Part shown: positions 28,927-38,616 of the stretch, piece by piece
Numbering within the stretch: position 1 is the first letter of the stretch
Layout: every line of letters starts with the position of its first letter
Source of the DNA: an uncultured bacterium
Lineage (GTDB): Bacteria; Patescibacteriota; Minisyncoccia; UBA6257; 2-01-FULL-56-20
Reading direction: 5' to 3'
Assembly (NCBI GenBank): GCA_963705915.1
Contig: OY970126.1
Coordinates: forward strand, 623,893-687,892
Length of the DNA: 64,000 nucleotides
Program-made: the position numbers and the translations under genes
The notes under the pieces: generated by a model
The model's input: only the letters and a program-made list of their open reading frames with translations
The model's database searches: none
Told to the model about the DNA's origin: nothing

Positions 28927-30855
28927 AAGGAGGCTGCGGAGGCCAAAAATGGGCCACTTTTAATAGTAGCAGGGGCTGGAACCGGTAAAACAAGGACTTT
29001 AACCGGCAGGATCCTCTATTTAATTAACTCGGGGATGGCTCCAGGGCGCATTTTAGCTATCACCTTCACCAATAAAGCCGCCAAGGAAATGGCGAGCAGG
29101 GTTAACGTTCCAGGACCGCTTCTCAGTACATTTCATAGTCTTGGGGCTCGAATCCTCAGAAAAGAGTGTCGGCATCTTGGCAGAACGCCGAACTTTGTGA
29201 TTTTCGATGACCACGATTCTTTTGACTTAATCAAAAAAACGGTGAAAAGTGTTTTGCCGAAGCCGCCGAAAGACGACGAAGGCATGCTCGGGCGGGCGGC
29301 GAGAGAAAAGTTGAACAGAAAAGAATCGCCGGCATTTTTTGCCCAGAAAATTTCTGAGATAAAAAATCGGGATGGGATGCTCGAGGAGCTGAAATCGCCC
29401 GAGGCAAGCGCGCGAGCCGACTTGCGAACGGCAAAAAATATTGTTTCTGTTTTTGAAAAATATGAAGCAGCGCTCGTGCGGAACAACGCGTTTGACTTTG
29501 ATGACCTCATAGAAAAAGTTGTGGAGCTCTTTAAAAAGAATCCGAGCGTACTCGAAAAATATCAATCGATGTTCGACATTGTTCTTGTCGACGAATATCA
29601 AGATATCAATCCAAAACAATGTGAACTCATCACGCTCCTTGCCCAAGGCCATCGCAACCTGAGCGTGGTGGGGGATGACGAGCAAACCATTTACAGCTGG
29701 CGTTATGCTGACATCAAAACATTTTTGGATTTTGACAAACAATGGAAAGGCGCGCAGGTCTATTTTCTCGAAGAAAATTATCGCTCGACGGGAAACATCA
29801 TCCGTGCGGCTGCGGGTGTCGTGAAGAATAATTCATTCCGCACGCCAAAGAATTTATTCACGCAAAATCCCGACGGCGACCGGATCACGCTCTTTGAGGC
29901 GTGGGGCGAGAACGAAGAAGCGGAATGGATCGCACAAGAAATCGGCAAGCGGCGTGGACGAAGCGATGCGGAAGACGCAGCCCGCGCTGGAAATTCAAGT
30001 AAAGGCTCCCAAGAGGAAATAGCCATTTTATATAGGACAAATGCGCAATCCCGGGCGATCGAACAAGGTCTTATTCGCCGCAATATTCCTTATAAAATCT
30101 ATGGTGGATTGAAATTTTATGAACGCCGCGAAGTGAAAGATGCGATCGCCGCATTACGCTATGCATCGAACGACAAAGACGAACTTGCACGTGAACGGCT
30201 CGAAAAAAATCTCACAAAACGAAAGTTTGCGGAGTTTCAATTGAAGCTGCGAGTGCTTGCTGCGAAGAGCGATGGATCAGTGCAAACGATGCGGCCAACC
30301 GATATGCTGAAGCTTTTCCTTGAAACGTTCGACTATATGGCCTATCTCGAAGAAAATTTTATAAATTCCGATGAGCGCGAAGAAAATATTGCCGAGCTCG
30401 TGACGTTCGCGGCCGAGTTCCAATCGTTGCCTGAATTTCTCGAACGCCTGAGCTTGCTGCAATCCACTGATGATGCAAATGCAAATGGAAACGAGAAAAA
30501 GAATCGCGGCAAGGAAGTTTCTATGATGACCATCCACCTTGCCAAGGGCCTGGAGTTCGACACCGTTTTCATCGCGGGCGCAGCGGAAGGCCTGCTGCCG
30601 CATGGGCGGTCGCTCGATGACGAGGCATCGCTCGAAGAAGAACGGCGGTTGATGTATGTTGCAATGACGCGCGCGCGGGAACGGCTCTCGATAAGTTTTT
30701 ACGGGATCCCTTCGCGATTCATCTCAGAAATTCCCGAGGACTGCATCACGTTTGCGGGCGGGGGGGGCGGAACTGGAAATTACAGTGACGGCGCGGACGA
30801 CTCCCTCGACCAAGACGCAGACTCATGGGATGATCCAACCATATCCCTGACGTAA
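28912..30855 (+). CDS. uvrD: ATP-dependent DNA helicase UvrD/PcrA family
   Basis: Motif I AGAGTGKTRTLT and the UvrD-family helicase motifs through the C-terminus; start set at MNPAQKEA so as not to overlap the M23 gene. Confidence 0.9.
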   Translation: MNPAQKEAAEAKNGPLLIVAGAGTGKTRTLTGRILYLINSGMAPGRILAITFTNKAAKEMASRVNVPGPLLSTFHSLGARILRKECRHLGRTPNFVIFDDHDSFDLIKKTVKSVLPKPPKDDEGMLGRAAREKLNRKESPAFFAQKISEIKNRDGMLEELKSPEASARADLRTAKNIVSVFEKYEAALVRNNAFDFDDLIEKVVELFKKNPSVLEKYQSMFDIVLVDEYQDINPKQCELITLLAQGHRNLSVVGDDEQTIYSWRYADIKTFLDFDKQWKGAQVYFLEENYRSTGNIIRAAAGVVKNNSFRTPKNLFTQNPDGDRITLFEAWGENEEAEWIAQEIGKRRGRSDAEDAARAGNSSKGSQEEIAILYRTNAQSRAIEQGLIRRNIPYKIYGGLKFYERREVKDAIAALRYASNDKDELARERLEKNLTKRKFAEFQLKLRVLAAKSDGSVQTMRPTDMLKLFLETFDYMAYLEENFINSDEREENIAELVTFAAEFQSLPEFLERLSLLQSTDDANANGNEKKNRGKEVSMMTIHLAKGLEFDTVFIAGAAEGLLPHGRSLDDEASLEEERRLMYVAMTRARERLSISFYGIPSRFISEIPEDCITFAGGGGGTGNYSDGADDSLDQDADSWDDPTISLT

Positions 30856-30856
30856 C

Positions 30857-31648
30857 ATGCCTAAACTTGGACAACATTTCTTAAAAAATAAATCTTCCCT
30901 CGAGAAGATTGTCGCATCGCTTGAACTTACCAATGGAGACTTTGTGGTTGAGGTTGGTCCAGGACACGGCGAACTCACTGAACTATTCCTCGCCAATCTA
31001 TCAGCCGATAAAGAAATCGAGATAGTTGCCATTGAAAAGGACCCGATGCTCGCGAACGCGCTCCGCAAAAAATTCGACACCGCTCGCAATCTGGAAATAA
31101 TAGAAGGCGACGTCCTCAAAATTTTGAAGCCGCTCACAGAAAATGTGCGATTTCTAGACAAAAAATGGAAATTGGCCGGTAATATTCCTTATTACATCAC
31201 CGGGAAGCTCCTCCGTGTTGTTGGGGAACTGGAGAAGAAACCGGAGCGATCGACAGTGATGGTCCAACGGGAGGTTGCCGATCGGATTTGCTCCGCCCCA
31301 CCGAACATGAATCGTCTTGCGGCAAGCGTGCAGTTTTGGTCTTCGGCTACCATAGTCGCGCAGGTTCGGAGGGAGCATTTTTCCCCGGCGCCAAACGTTG
31401 ATTCCGCTGTTGTTTTGCTCAAGACGAGGATGGGGGAACTCAATATTGAACCGAGACGATATTATAAGGCTGTTCAAGCACTTTTCTCTCAGCCGCGAAA
31501 AACCATTCTGAATAACTTGGCCGATGGGGCGAAAATCGATAAGGAGGAAGCTCAGAATGGGCTTAAAAAGCTAATTATTGCCCCGTCTGCAAGGCCGCAA
31601 AACCTCAGTATTGAGCAAATAGAAAAAGTTGCTGAGTTGTTTTTCTAA
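30857..31648 (+). CDS. rsmA: 16S rRNA (adenine1518/1519-N6)-dimethyltransferase RsmA/KsgA
   Basis: LGQHFL...VVEVGPGHGELT... signature. Confidence 0.9.
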   Translation: MPKLGQHFLKNKSSLEKIVASLELTNGDFVVEVGPGHGELTELFLANLSADKEIEIVAIEKDPMLANALRKKFDTARNLEIIEGDVLKILKPLTENVRFLDKKWKLAGNIPYYITGKLLRVVGELEKKPERSTVMVQREVADRICSAPPNMNRLAASVQFWSSATIVAQVRREHFSPAPNVDSAVVLLKTRMGELNIEPRRYYKAVQALFSQPRKTILNNLADGAKIDKEEAQNGLKKLIIAPSARPQNLSIEQIEKVAELFF

Positions 31649-31734
31649 ACCGTGCACGGCGAGGGCATTTTTCCGGCATTCCGTGGGGATAACGGCGACA
31701 TATATTGTAAAATCAGGGGTTATAATAAAGGTAA

Positions 31735-33837
31735 ATGATCGATGTCAAGAAATTGATCACCGGTTTTCTGATTTTGGCTGCGTCGGCAGGCTTATCTGCG
31801 ATTGTCGTGACAAACATCAACACGCAACCGGCTACCCAAATTTCATCAAGCACGCCGGCGATTGCTATCAGCCAAACTTCAACGGCGCAAAGCAACGTCT
31901 TTATACCCGAATCTCCAATAACCGACTCCGTCACCCCCGTCATTCAAACCGAAGGTACGATTCCTACGTCCTCAGACCCAAATAATCTTACCGACAATCT
32001 TGCAAATTCATTTTTGAATAGTGTTGTAAGCGCGAACCCGAACGGCCCCCAAGAAGATGCGTCGGGGAATCCCGTTTTCGTTCAACCCGATGTAAATTCA
32101 ATCGCAATGGAAGTCGCGGATGCGACCGCGACCCAAGCTCTTCAAATTCCCAACTGGGATACGGAGGTCAACAACGAGCCACTCCACACCATTCAGAATC
32201 CCACCGCCGAAGATATGACGGATTATGAAAATAACGTTAACTATATCCTCGGAGAGTACGTAGTGAAGCCAAATCTACAGCAGACCATCAATAATCCCGC
32301 AGCAAGCGTGGACGATCTTGCTTCCGTAGAAAATAATCTATCGGGAGCGCTCACGGATCTTACCGCGATCAACACCCCGGCATCTCTCGTCCCTCTTCAA
32401 AAAAGCATGATCGCAATGCTTGTTTATGAAAGCAATGAAGTTCAGGTTGCCGAAGGGGCGAGCGGCGATCCGCTGAAAGCATCCCTCATAATCCAAGGGG
32501 AACAAGAAAAATACGATGCTGCAGCCCAGGCTCTGGAATCACAGATTGAACAAGTCTCAGCGGCCAATGCACCAAGCAACAGCATCGCCATGAACGCACC
32601 TCTCGGATTTCTCCAGGGCATGTTCGGCATCCAAACCGCCCATGCCCAATTCGGAGGAACAGTATTCGTTGCGGGCGGTTATATAGCAACCGATGATCCT
32701 GGCCTTTTCGCTCAAGGGGTTGAAAATCTCGTAAACAACATCATTTTGCAAATCCTTAAAAACGTCCTCATTGCCCTCATACAACAACATGTCCTCTCAT
32801 GGATCCAGGGCAGCGGCGCGCCCCGATTCCTTACTGATTGGGCGACAACGCTCACTCAAGCATATACACAAACCGCCCTCAATATATTGAGCAGCCAAAT
32901 GTCGTGCGCGGTCGGGCCGGAATTCATGGCCCAGGTTCGGACGACCCTTAGTGTCTACTATCAAACGCCCGGCACGAGCGGTAATGTTTGTGCGGATATT
33001 TTCCAAGAATCGCTCGGCGGCAATACGCTTGGGCAGTTTTATAATAATTTTTCGAACGGTGGATGGATGGCATACGGCGTAACGGCACTTCCGGCAGGAA
33101 ATTATTACCAAAGTGCTTTCTTCCAAGCGCAGGCAACCGATCTCGCCGCTCAACAAAATCAACAGGCGACGCAAGCACAATCCATCGCCAGCCAGGGGTT
33201 TACCGGAGATTTGGTCTGCGATGACGGAAGCCAGCCGAACGGAACTCACCTCGAATGTATCGACAAAAATAATGTCCCCTACCATCCGAATTCGAATGGA
33301 ACATGCGACCCTGGATATTTTCCCGTCACCGTGGCGAATAATGGAAAATGCGCAGACGGTACAAACCCGCAAACCGTCACCCCGGGAGCGGCCACGGGCT
33401 TTAGTTTGAACTCCGCCCTCAATTCACCTCAACAGTTAATTACAGCCGCAAATAGCATCCAGGGAATCTTAAACGCGATGGTTACATCACTCCTTAATTC
33501 GCTCGTGAGTGCTGCGGTGAACGCAGGAACCAATGGGCTCTTGGGTATCAGCCCAGGAAGCATCCAAGGTGGTGGTACTCCACCTGCTCCGCTCCCGCTC
33601 ACCTGCAATCCCCCGCTCCAATCTGCGTCAACGACATATCCGATTACGATCAGTGCAAGCGGCGGGAAGACGGATTCTCAAGGCAATCAGCCAAGCTACA
33701 GCTGGTCTTCTTCTGACGGTTTCAATACAACTGGCTATGTATTCTCCCACGCTTATAACCTTGCTGGCACCTACACTATAACCTTGAGCGATAATACCGG
33801 CGACACACCCGCAACGTGCCGAGCGACCGTACAATGA
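31735..33837 (+). CDS. Large secreted Q/N/S/T-rich protein with a C-terminal PKD-like domain; first gene of the T4SS-like operon
   Basis: N-terminal TM/signal sequence, long low-complexity region, C-terminal ...YSWSSSDGFNTTGYVFSHAYNLAGTYTITLS... (PKD-like); a 2-nt gap to the next gene. Confidence 0.55.
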   Translation: MIDVKKLITGFLILAASAGLSAIVVTNINTQPATQISSSTPAIAISQTSTAQSNVFIPESPITDSVTPVIQTEGTIPTSSDPNNLTDNLANSFLNSVVSANPNGPQEDASGNPVFVQPDVNSIAMEVADATATQALQIPNWDTEVNNEPLHTIQNPTAEDMTDYENNVNYILGEYVVKPNLQQTINNPAASVDDLASVENNLSGALTDLTAINTPASLVPLQKSMIAMLVYESNEVQVAEGASGDPLKASLIIQGEQEKYDAAAQALESQIEQVSAANAPSNSIAMNAPLGFLQGMFGIQTAHAQFGGTVFVAGGYIATDDPGLFAQGVENLVNNIILQILKNVLIALIQQHVLSWIQGSGAPRFLTDWATTLTQAYTQTALNILSSQMSCAVGPEFMAQVRTTLSVYYQTPGTSGNVCADIFQESLGGNTLGQFYNNFSNGGWMAYGVTALPAGNYYQSAFFQAQATDLAAQQNQQATQAQSIASQGFTGDLVCDDGSQPNGTHLECIDKNNVPYHPNSNGTCDPGYFPVTVANNGKCADGTNPQTVTPGAATGFSLNSALNSPQQLITAANSIQGILNAMVTSLLNSLVSAAVNAGTNGLLGISPGSIQGGGTPPAPLPLTCNPPLQSASTTYPITISASGGKTDSQGNQPSYSWSSSDGFNTTGYVFSHAYNLAGTYTITLSDNTGDTPATCRATVQ

Positions 33838-33838
33838 T

Positions 33839-36202
33839 ATGAAATGGCTATCGCCTAAAAAAATTTTGGGTTTTGCCCTCGCTGGGATGTTCCTTACGGT
33901 GCTTGGATTTACGTTGAGTACTGGCGTTGCACATGCGGCAGGTGGATCGATACCAGACCTTCTGAGTTGCGGCGCAAATGCTTTCACTTGTGCCGTCTAC
34001 GGAATCAGCTTTGTCGTCAATGCTATCCTAGGACTTTTCATCAGCCTTGGAGCTTACATCATCACCTTCGCGCTGAATCTCGATGGCAATGTGTTCAATT
34101 CTCCCACCGTACAAACTGGATTCTCAATCGCGCTTTCGGTAGCAAATCTTGGATTTGTGCTCGGCATAATTGTTATCGCTATCGCAACAATCCTTCGAAG
34201 CGAAGCCTATGGCGTCAAACAAATGCTTTGGAAGCTAGTTGTGATGGCCATCCTTGTGAACTTTGGGCTTGTGATTACAGCTCCCATTGTTGGGTTTGCC
34301 GACAACTTGAGCAACTACTTTGTTAACGCCGAAGGCGGCACAATAAGTTTCGCCACAAATCTCACAAACGCTTTTGCGCCGCAAAATCTTATGCAACCGC
34401 CTCCTGCAGCGACAGGAGGCCAAACGGCTTGCAACGTTGCCGGCGGACTCCTTGGCGGACCTGTCGGAGCTGCCCTCTGCAATACCGCTCGCCAATATTT
34501 AAATGGCGACACCTCTGGCGCAAGCGCGTTTATGGTCCAGGTGCTTTCGCTCATTTTCTCGGCGGTATTTTCGTTTATAGTCATGATCACATTTTTCGCA
34601 ATCGGAATTATGCTTTTTATTAGATACATTTATCTAGCCCTCCTTTTAGTCCTTCTGCCACTCGCATGGCTCACCTGGGTTCTACCTAAACTCAGCCATC
34701 ATTTTGAACGATGGCTGAGCGAGTTTTTCAAATGGACGTTCTTTCCTGTTATTTCGCTGTTCTTCATTTATATTGCCTTCCAGTCGGTGACCAACATAAA
34801 CGGGGCGGTCGGTTTGCAAGCGGCATCAATCGCATCGAGCAACCCAAACGGTCCGCTCGCAAGCATGGCAACACAGACCGGCGGTAACGTGAACCTCATC
34901 CAAACTGCTCTCGATGAATTGCTCATGGCGGGTCTTTGCCTCGGCGGACTCTTTGCAGCAAATGCAATGTCTATTAAAGGAGCGGATACGGCGATGAGTA
35001 TCGTGAAGGGTGCTGGGAAAGGTGTGAAGAATTGGACAACGAGACAGACTAAGAAAGCTGGGCGGGCTACGTATCAAAGATTAGGAGGCAATACGTTGAA
35101 CAAAAAGATGCAGGCTGCCAGAGTGCCTATCATACCAACAATCGGCAGGCAGTTTGCAAGCTGGACCGAGGCTGGAGGAAAAGATCTCGTAGGCAAGCGA
35201 GCAGCCGATCTGAAATTGAGCGGCATGAGCGACGAACGTCTTGTTGAAGTTACGAAGGGCCTCCGAGAGAAGCCTGATCAATTTGCAGCTCTGGCTGAAT
35301 GGCAGAAGCGCAACAAACTTTACAAAGTTGAGCAAATCGGCGGCACTGATCTTAATACATTCCTCGATAAAAACGAGTCATTGGCAAAGAGCGGCTACGA
35401 CCAAGGCAAGCTTATGAGTGATATTAATAAAAACTTTGGCAACGACGCCGACGGAAGAAGGATCAGCAGGGCACGTGCGGCTGAGATGGAAAAAGTTGAC
35501 GTCGTTGATTCACGGGGAATCGTTGCCGCTCCGGGAACAAAAGTTAGCGCCGCCGATCTTGCTGGTGGCGCAAAGGTTGTAATAGAAAATGCAAAAGAGG
35601 CCATAAAAGAATTTGGCCTCGACACCACGGTCAATCATAACGGTAGGATTGTTCGCGCAGACACGCTGATCGAAGACGCGCATAAATCTATCGCCGACGC
35701 TGACGACGCCGCCGACAAGGTTGAAGTGAAAGACGAAAAGGGACTGCTTGGTCCCGCTGGGAAAATGCAAAGAGCCGGAGAGCTGCTTCAGGCCGCATCA
35801 GATAAATTTGTTAAAGGATTGGATAAGGGAGATTTTGCAAAAACTCACCCAGACTATCTTTTTGAAGGAGAAGGAAAATTCGGTTTGGATGAAAATACTG
35901 TACGCGGCTTGGGACGAGCATTCGCTCAATCCATCGTTTCAACCAATCCTTTGCTTATCAGCTCGGCCGTTGGAAAGCTTGACAAAGAGGATGAAATAAA
36001 ATCATTTATGCGTGAGATTACAAAGGCCATCGATAATGCTGTAGCTACCAATCACTTAACTAAGAAGGATGCCAATAGACTACAAAACCAATATCTTGGT
36101 AGAAGTATCGAGAAGAGGATTTCCAATATCGCAACCGGCGGAGGTGGAGGTGGCGCAGCTCCCGCAGCTCCATCCGGTGGCGGAGGTGGTGGTGGACATT
36201 AA
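33839..36202 (+). CDS. Polytopic inner-membrane protein, VirB6/TrbL-like T4SS channel-component candidate, with a long cytoplasmic tail
   Basis: Signal sequence, at least six TM helices in the first 330 aa, then a charged domain ending in Gly runs; operon context with PrgI and VirB4. Confidence 0.5.
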   Translation: MKWLSPKKILGFALAGMFLTVLGFTLSTGVAHAAGGSIPDLLSCGANAFTCAVYGISFVVNAILGLFISLGAYIITFALNLDGNVFNSPTVQTGFSIALSVANLGFVLGIIVIAIATILRSEAYGVKQMLWKLVVMAILVNFGLVITAPIVGFADNLSNYFVNAEGGTISFATNLTNAFAPQNLMQPPPAATGGQTACNVAGGLLGGPVGAALCNTARQYLNGDTSGASAFMVQVLSLIFSAVFSFIVMITFFAIGIMLFIRYIYLALLLVLLPLAWLTWVLPKLSHHFERWLSEFFKWTFFPVISLFFIYIAFQSVTNINGAVGLQAASIASSNPNGPLASMATQTGGNVNLIQTALDELLMAGLCLGGLFAANAMSIKGADTAMSIVKGAGKGVKNWTTRQTKKAGRATYQRLGGNTLNKKMQAARVPIIPTIGRQFASWTEAGGKDLVGKRAADLKLSGMSDERLVEVTKGLREKPDQFAALAEWQKRNKLYKVEQIGGTDLNTFLDKNESLAKSGYDQGKLMSDINKNFGNDADGRRISRARAAEMEKVDVVDSRGIVAAPGTKVSAADLAGGAKVVIENAKEAIKEFGLDTTVNHNGRIVRADTLIEDAHKSIADADDAADKVEVKDEKGLLGPAGKMQRAGELLQAASDKFVKGLDKGDFAKTHPDYLFEGEGKFGLDENTVRGLGRAFAQSIVSTNPLLISSAVGKLDKEDEIKSFMREITKAIDNAVATNHLTKKDANRLQNQYLGRSIEKRISNIATGGGGGGAAPAAPSGGGGGGGH

Positions 36203-36211
36203 TAAATATAC

Positions 36212-37279
36212 ATGCTCACTCTTTCAGATCAACAAGTTTTCAGTCGTTGGCCTTCCTTAAGCCCGGCACTTCGAGAAGCGCTCTTTTCGCAACCGAACGC
36301 TGATTTCGTTTGGAATTTATGCACCGACGAACACCTACCCGAAGAAAAACGATATGACGTGGCAGAAATTTCCGGATATGTGCTTATGGGCTTTCTCCAC
36401 CCAGAAGATCTGGCGGGGGAACTGGCTGCAACACTTGCTCTTGATCCAAAAATAACAAAAACTATCGCCGACGAAATCAACAAAAGAATTTTTGTCCCGC
36501 TCCGAGCCGATATCGATAAGGTTTACGAACCCGTGAGCAAACTCGCGCCATCCCCGATGCCGATCCGGGACATTAGCTCCGGCCAGGCACAAGCTATGAC
36601 ACCCAAACCTGTCCCGCTCTCGCCTGCGCCCTCAGCGCCGTCTTCCTTCACGAAAATTCCGCCGGCTTCCGAAGGAAAATTCGCGCCGATGAGCGGCGCG
36701 CCGTGGCCCACAAAGCCTGCGCCTGAACCATCAAAGATTGCACCCGGGAACTGGACCACGCAAAAGTCCGCGGTTGTAACACCTGCTGCATCATCATCGG
36801 ATCCGGCCCCGATCATGCTTCATGAAGATGCTAAATTTTCTGCAAGCGATAAAAATACCGACTTCCATCTTTCGCGGCCGGGAGGAGGCGCAGAAGTTTC
36901 GCTTGAAGGCGTGAAGCCAGAAAAAGCAGTGAAACCTGCGGTGCTCGAGCTCGGGACGCTCACAAACACTCCTGCCGCACAAAATGTAGGACCGAAGTTC
37001 ACACACTACACACAGTTCTCGTCGTCTCCCACGCCGAACTCGGAAGCGTCAGCGGTGTCGGCAAACACAGCCCCGAGAAACGTCACGGAGGTTACGGGCG
37101 CGCCGAATGTTACAGCGGCCCCCGTCGTGAGACCGGAGTCGACGCCGATCAAACCGATGTCGTCATCGAAACCGCCCGTCGCTCAAACGCCAATCCCGCA
37201 ACCGCCAAAACCGCCAGCACCAAAGCCAGTCCAAGCGCCACGGCCCGGGCAACCGCCGATTCAGAAAAATTATCCATAA
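36212..37279 (+). CDS. Proline-rich hypothetical protein of the T4SS-like operon
   Basis: The C-terminal half is a P/A/S/T-rich linker; no TM segment. Confidence 0.45.
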   Translation: MLTLSDQQVFSRWPSLSPALREALFSQPNADFVWNLCTDEHLPEEKRYDVAEISGYVLMGFLHPEDLAGELAATLALDPKITKTIADEINKRIFVPLRADIDKVYEPVSKLAPSPMPIRDISSGQAQAMTPKPVPLSPAPSAPSSFTKIPPASEGKFAPMSGAPWPTKPAPEPSKIAPGNWTTQKSAVVTPAASSSDPAPIMLHEDAKFSASDKNTDFHLSRPGGGAEVSLEGVKPEKAVKPAVLELGTLTNTPAAQNVGPKFTHYTQFSSSPTPNSEASAVSANTAPRNVTEVTGAPNVTAAPVVRPESTPIKPMSSSKPPVAQTPIPQPPKPPAPKPVQAPRPGQPPIQKNYP

Positions 37280-37296
37280 TATAATAGAGCAAACCA

Positions 37297-37854
37297 ATGC
37301 AGTTCCAAGTTCCACAATTTATCGAGACTGAAGACAAAGTGGTGGGCCCGTTCTCGATCCGCCAGTTTGCCTATGTTGGCATTGCCTGCTTCATAAGTGC
37401 CATCGCATATTTTATGCTTGCGACATGGCTATTCTTTCTTGTCGCAATCATTTTTATCGGCGGTGCGCTCGCCATATCGTTTGTAAAGGTTGAGGGCCGC
37501 CCCCTCATTAATATTCTTATTTCCGCAGCCAATTTTTATTGGAAACCGCAAACCTACGTCTGGCAACCGGAGCAGACAGCAATTGCCGCGCCCGGCAAGA
37601 TCAAAAGTGAAGCAAAATCGGGCGGTTTTTCGCTTGAAGATATCCTCGCAAACGCTCTCCGGAAAAAATCGGTTGATACGGCAAAAGTTGCCGATGGCAA
37701 CGCTCTCCATAAAAGCTGGCAAAATGTGCAAACGGGGGAGACCCAAAAAACCTCTGACCGGCAATTCATCGAACGCAAGATGAATGAGCGCTATCAGATT
37801 TTCCAGAAGCTTGCGGGCGACCGGGACGCTGCGCGGCGGGTGGACTATCGATAG
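37297..37854 (+). CDS. PrgI-family protein (VirB3-like component of Gram-positive-type T4SS)
   Basis: MQFQVPQFIETEDKVVGPFSIRQFAYVGIACFISAIAYFML... matches the PrgI N-terminal pattern with two TM helices. Confidence 0.6.
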   Translation: MQFQVPQFIETEDKVVGPFSIRQFAYVGIACFISAIAYFMLATWLFFLVAIIFIGGALAISFVKVEGRPLINILISAANFYWKPQTYVWQPEQTAIAAPGKIKSEAKSGGFSLEDILANALRKKSVDTAKVADGNALHKSWQNVQTGETQKTSDRQFIERKMNERYQIFQKLAGDRDAARRVDYR

Positions 37855-37872
37855 TTGGATTATCGATACTAA

Positions 37873-38592
37873 TTGTGGGAAAATAATACCATGGCGCTTC
37901 CTGCAAAGCAGGATCTGGGCAATTCGCTCGATCTTGTAGACATAAAAGAGATTCGCGACAACGTCGCCATTCTCAAAGACAATAGCTTACGACAAGTCGT
38001 TATGGTCGGTGGGGTGAATTTTGCGTTGAAATCGGACACCGAGCAGAACATCATCACGCAAGGCTATCAGACATTTTTAAACACCGTCGAATTTCCGCTT
38101 CAGATTCTCATCCATTCGCGCAAAGTAAACATCGACAAATATATAGAGAGCCTTTTGCGCCGGAAAGAAGTGGAAACATCGCCGATCCTCCAGAACCAAA
38201 TTGACGAATACACCGAGTTCGTAAAAGGGTTCGTGTCTAAAAATGCGATTATGGAAAAAACATTTCTCATTGTCGTGCCTTTTTTCCCGTTGGGCGCGGC
38301 GATGTCGGGGGCGAAAAAGGGATTGATGGATAGCATTCCGTTTTTGGGTAACAGGAAAAAGCCCGACGCCGCGGCAACGGCAAAATCAAAAGAAGAAGCC
38401 GACCACTCATTTAATGAAAATGTTGGCCAGCTCACCCAGCGCACAAGCCAGATTGTGAACGGCATTTTGGGCGTAGGCCTCGAAGCCACCGTGCTCGGCA
38501 ACCAGGAACTCATCGAGCTTTTCTATAATTTTTATAACCCGCAAACCGTTGAGCGGGGGACGAACCTTGGAGCGGGGACTGATACCGCATGA
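37873..38592 (+). CDS. VirB4/TrbE-family protein, N-terminal domain, encoded as a separate ORF
   Basis: ...QVVMVGGVNFALKSDTEQNIITQGYQTFLNTVEFPLQILIHSRKVN... resembles the VirB4 N-terminal domain; in the same frame as the downstream ATPase ORF, separated by TGA and TAA stops. Confidence 0.55.
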   Translation: MWENNTMALPAKQDLGNSLDLVDIKEIRDNVAILKDNSLRQVVMVGGVNFALKSDTEQNIITQGYQTFLNTVEFPLQILIHSRKVNIDKYIESLLRRKEVETSPILQNQIDEYTEFVKGFVSKNAIMEKTFLIVVPFFPLGAAMSGAKKGLMDSIPFLGNRKKPDAAATAKSKEEADHSFNENVGQLTQRTSQIVNGILGVGLEATVLGNQELIELFYNFYNPQTVERGTNLGAGTDTA

Positions 38593-38616
38593 TTTCATTA
38601 ACCTTTCATTAAAACG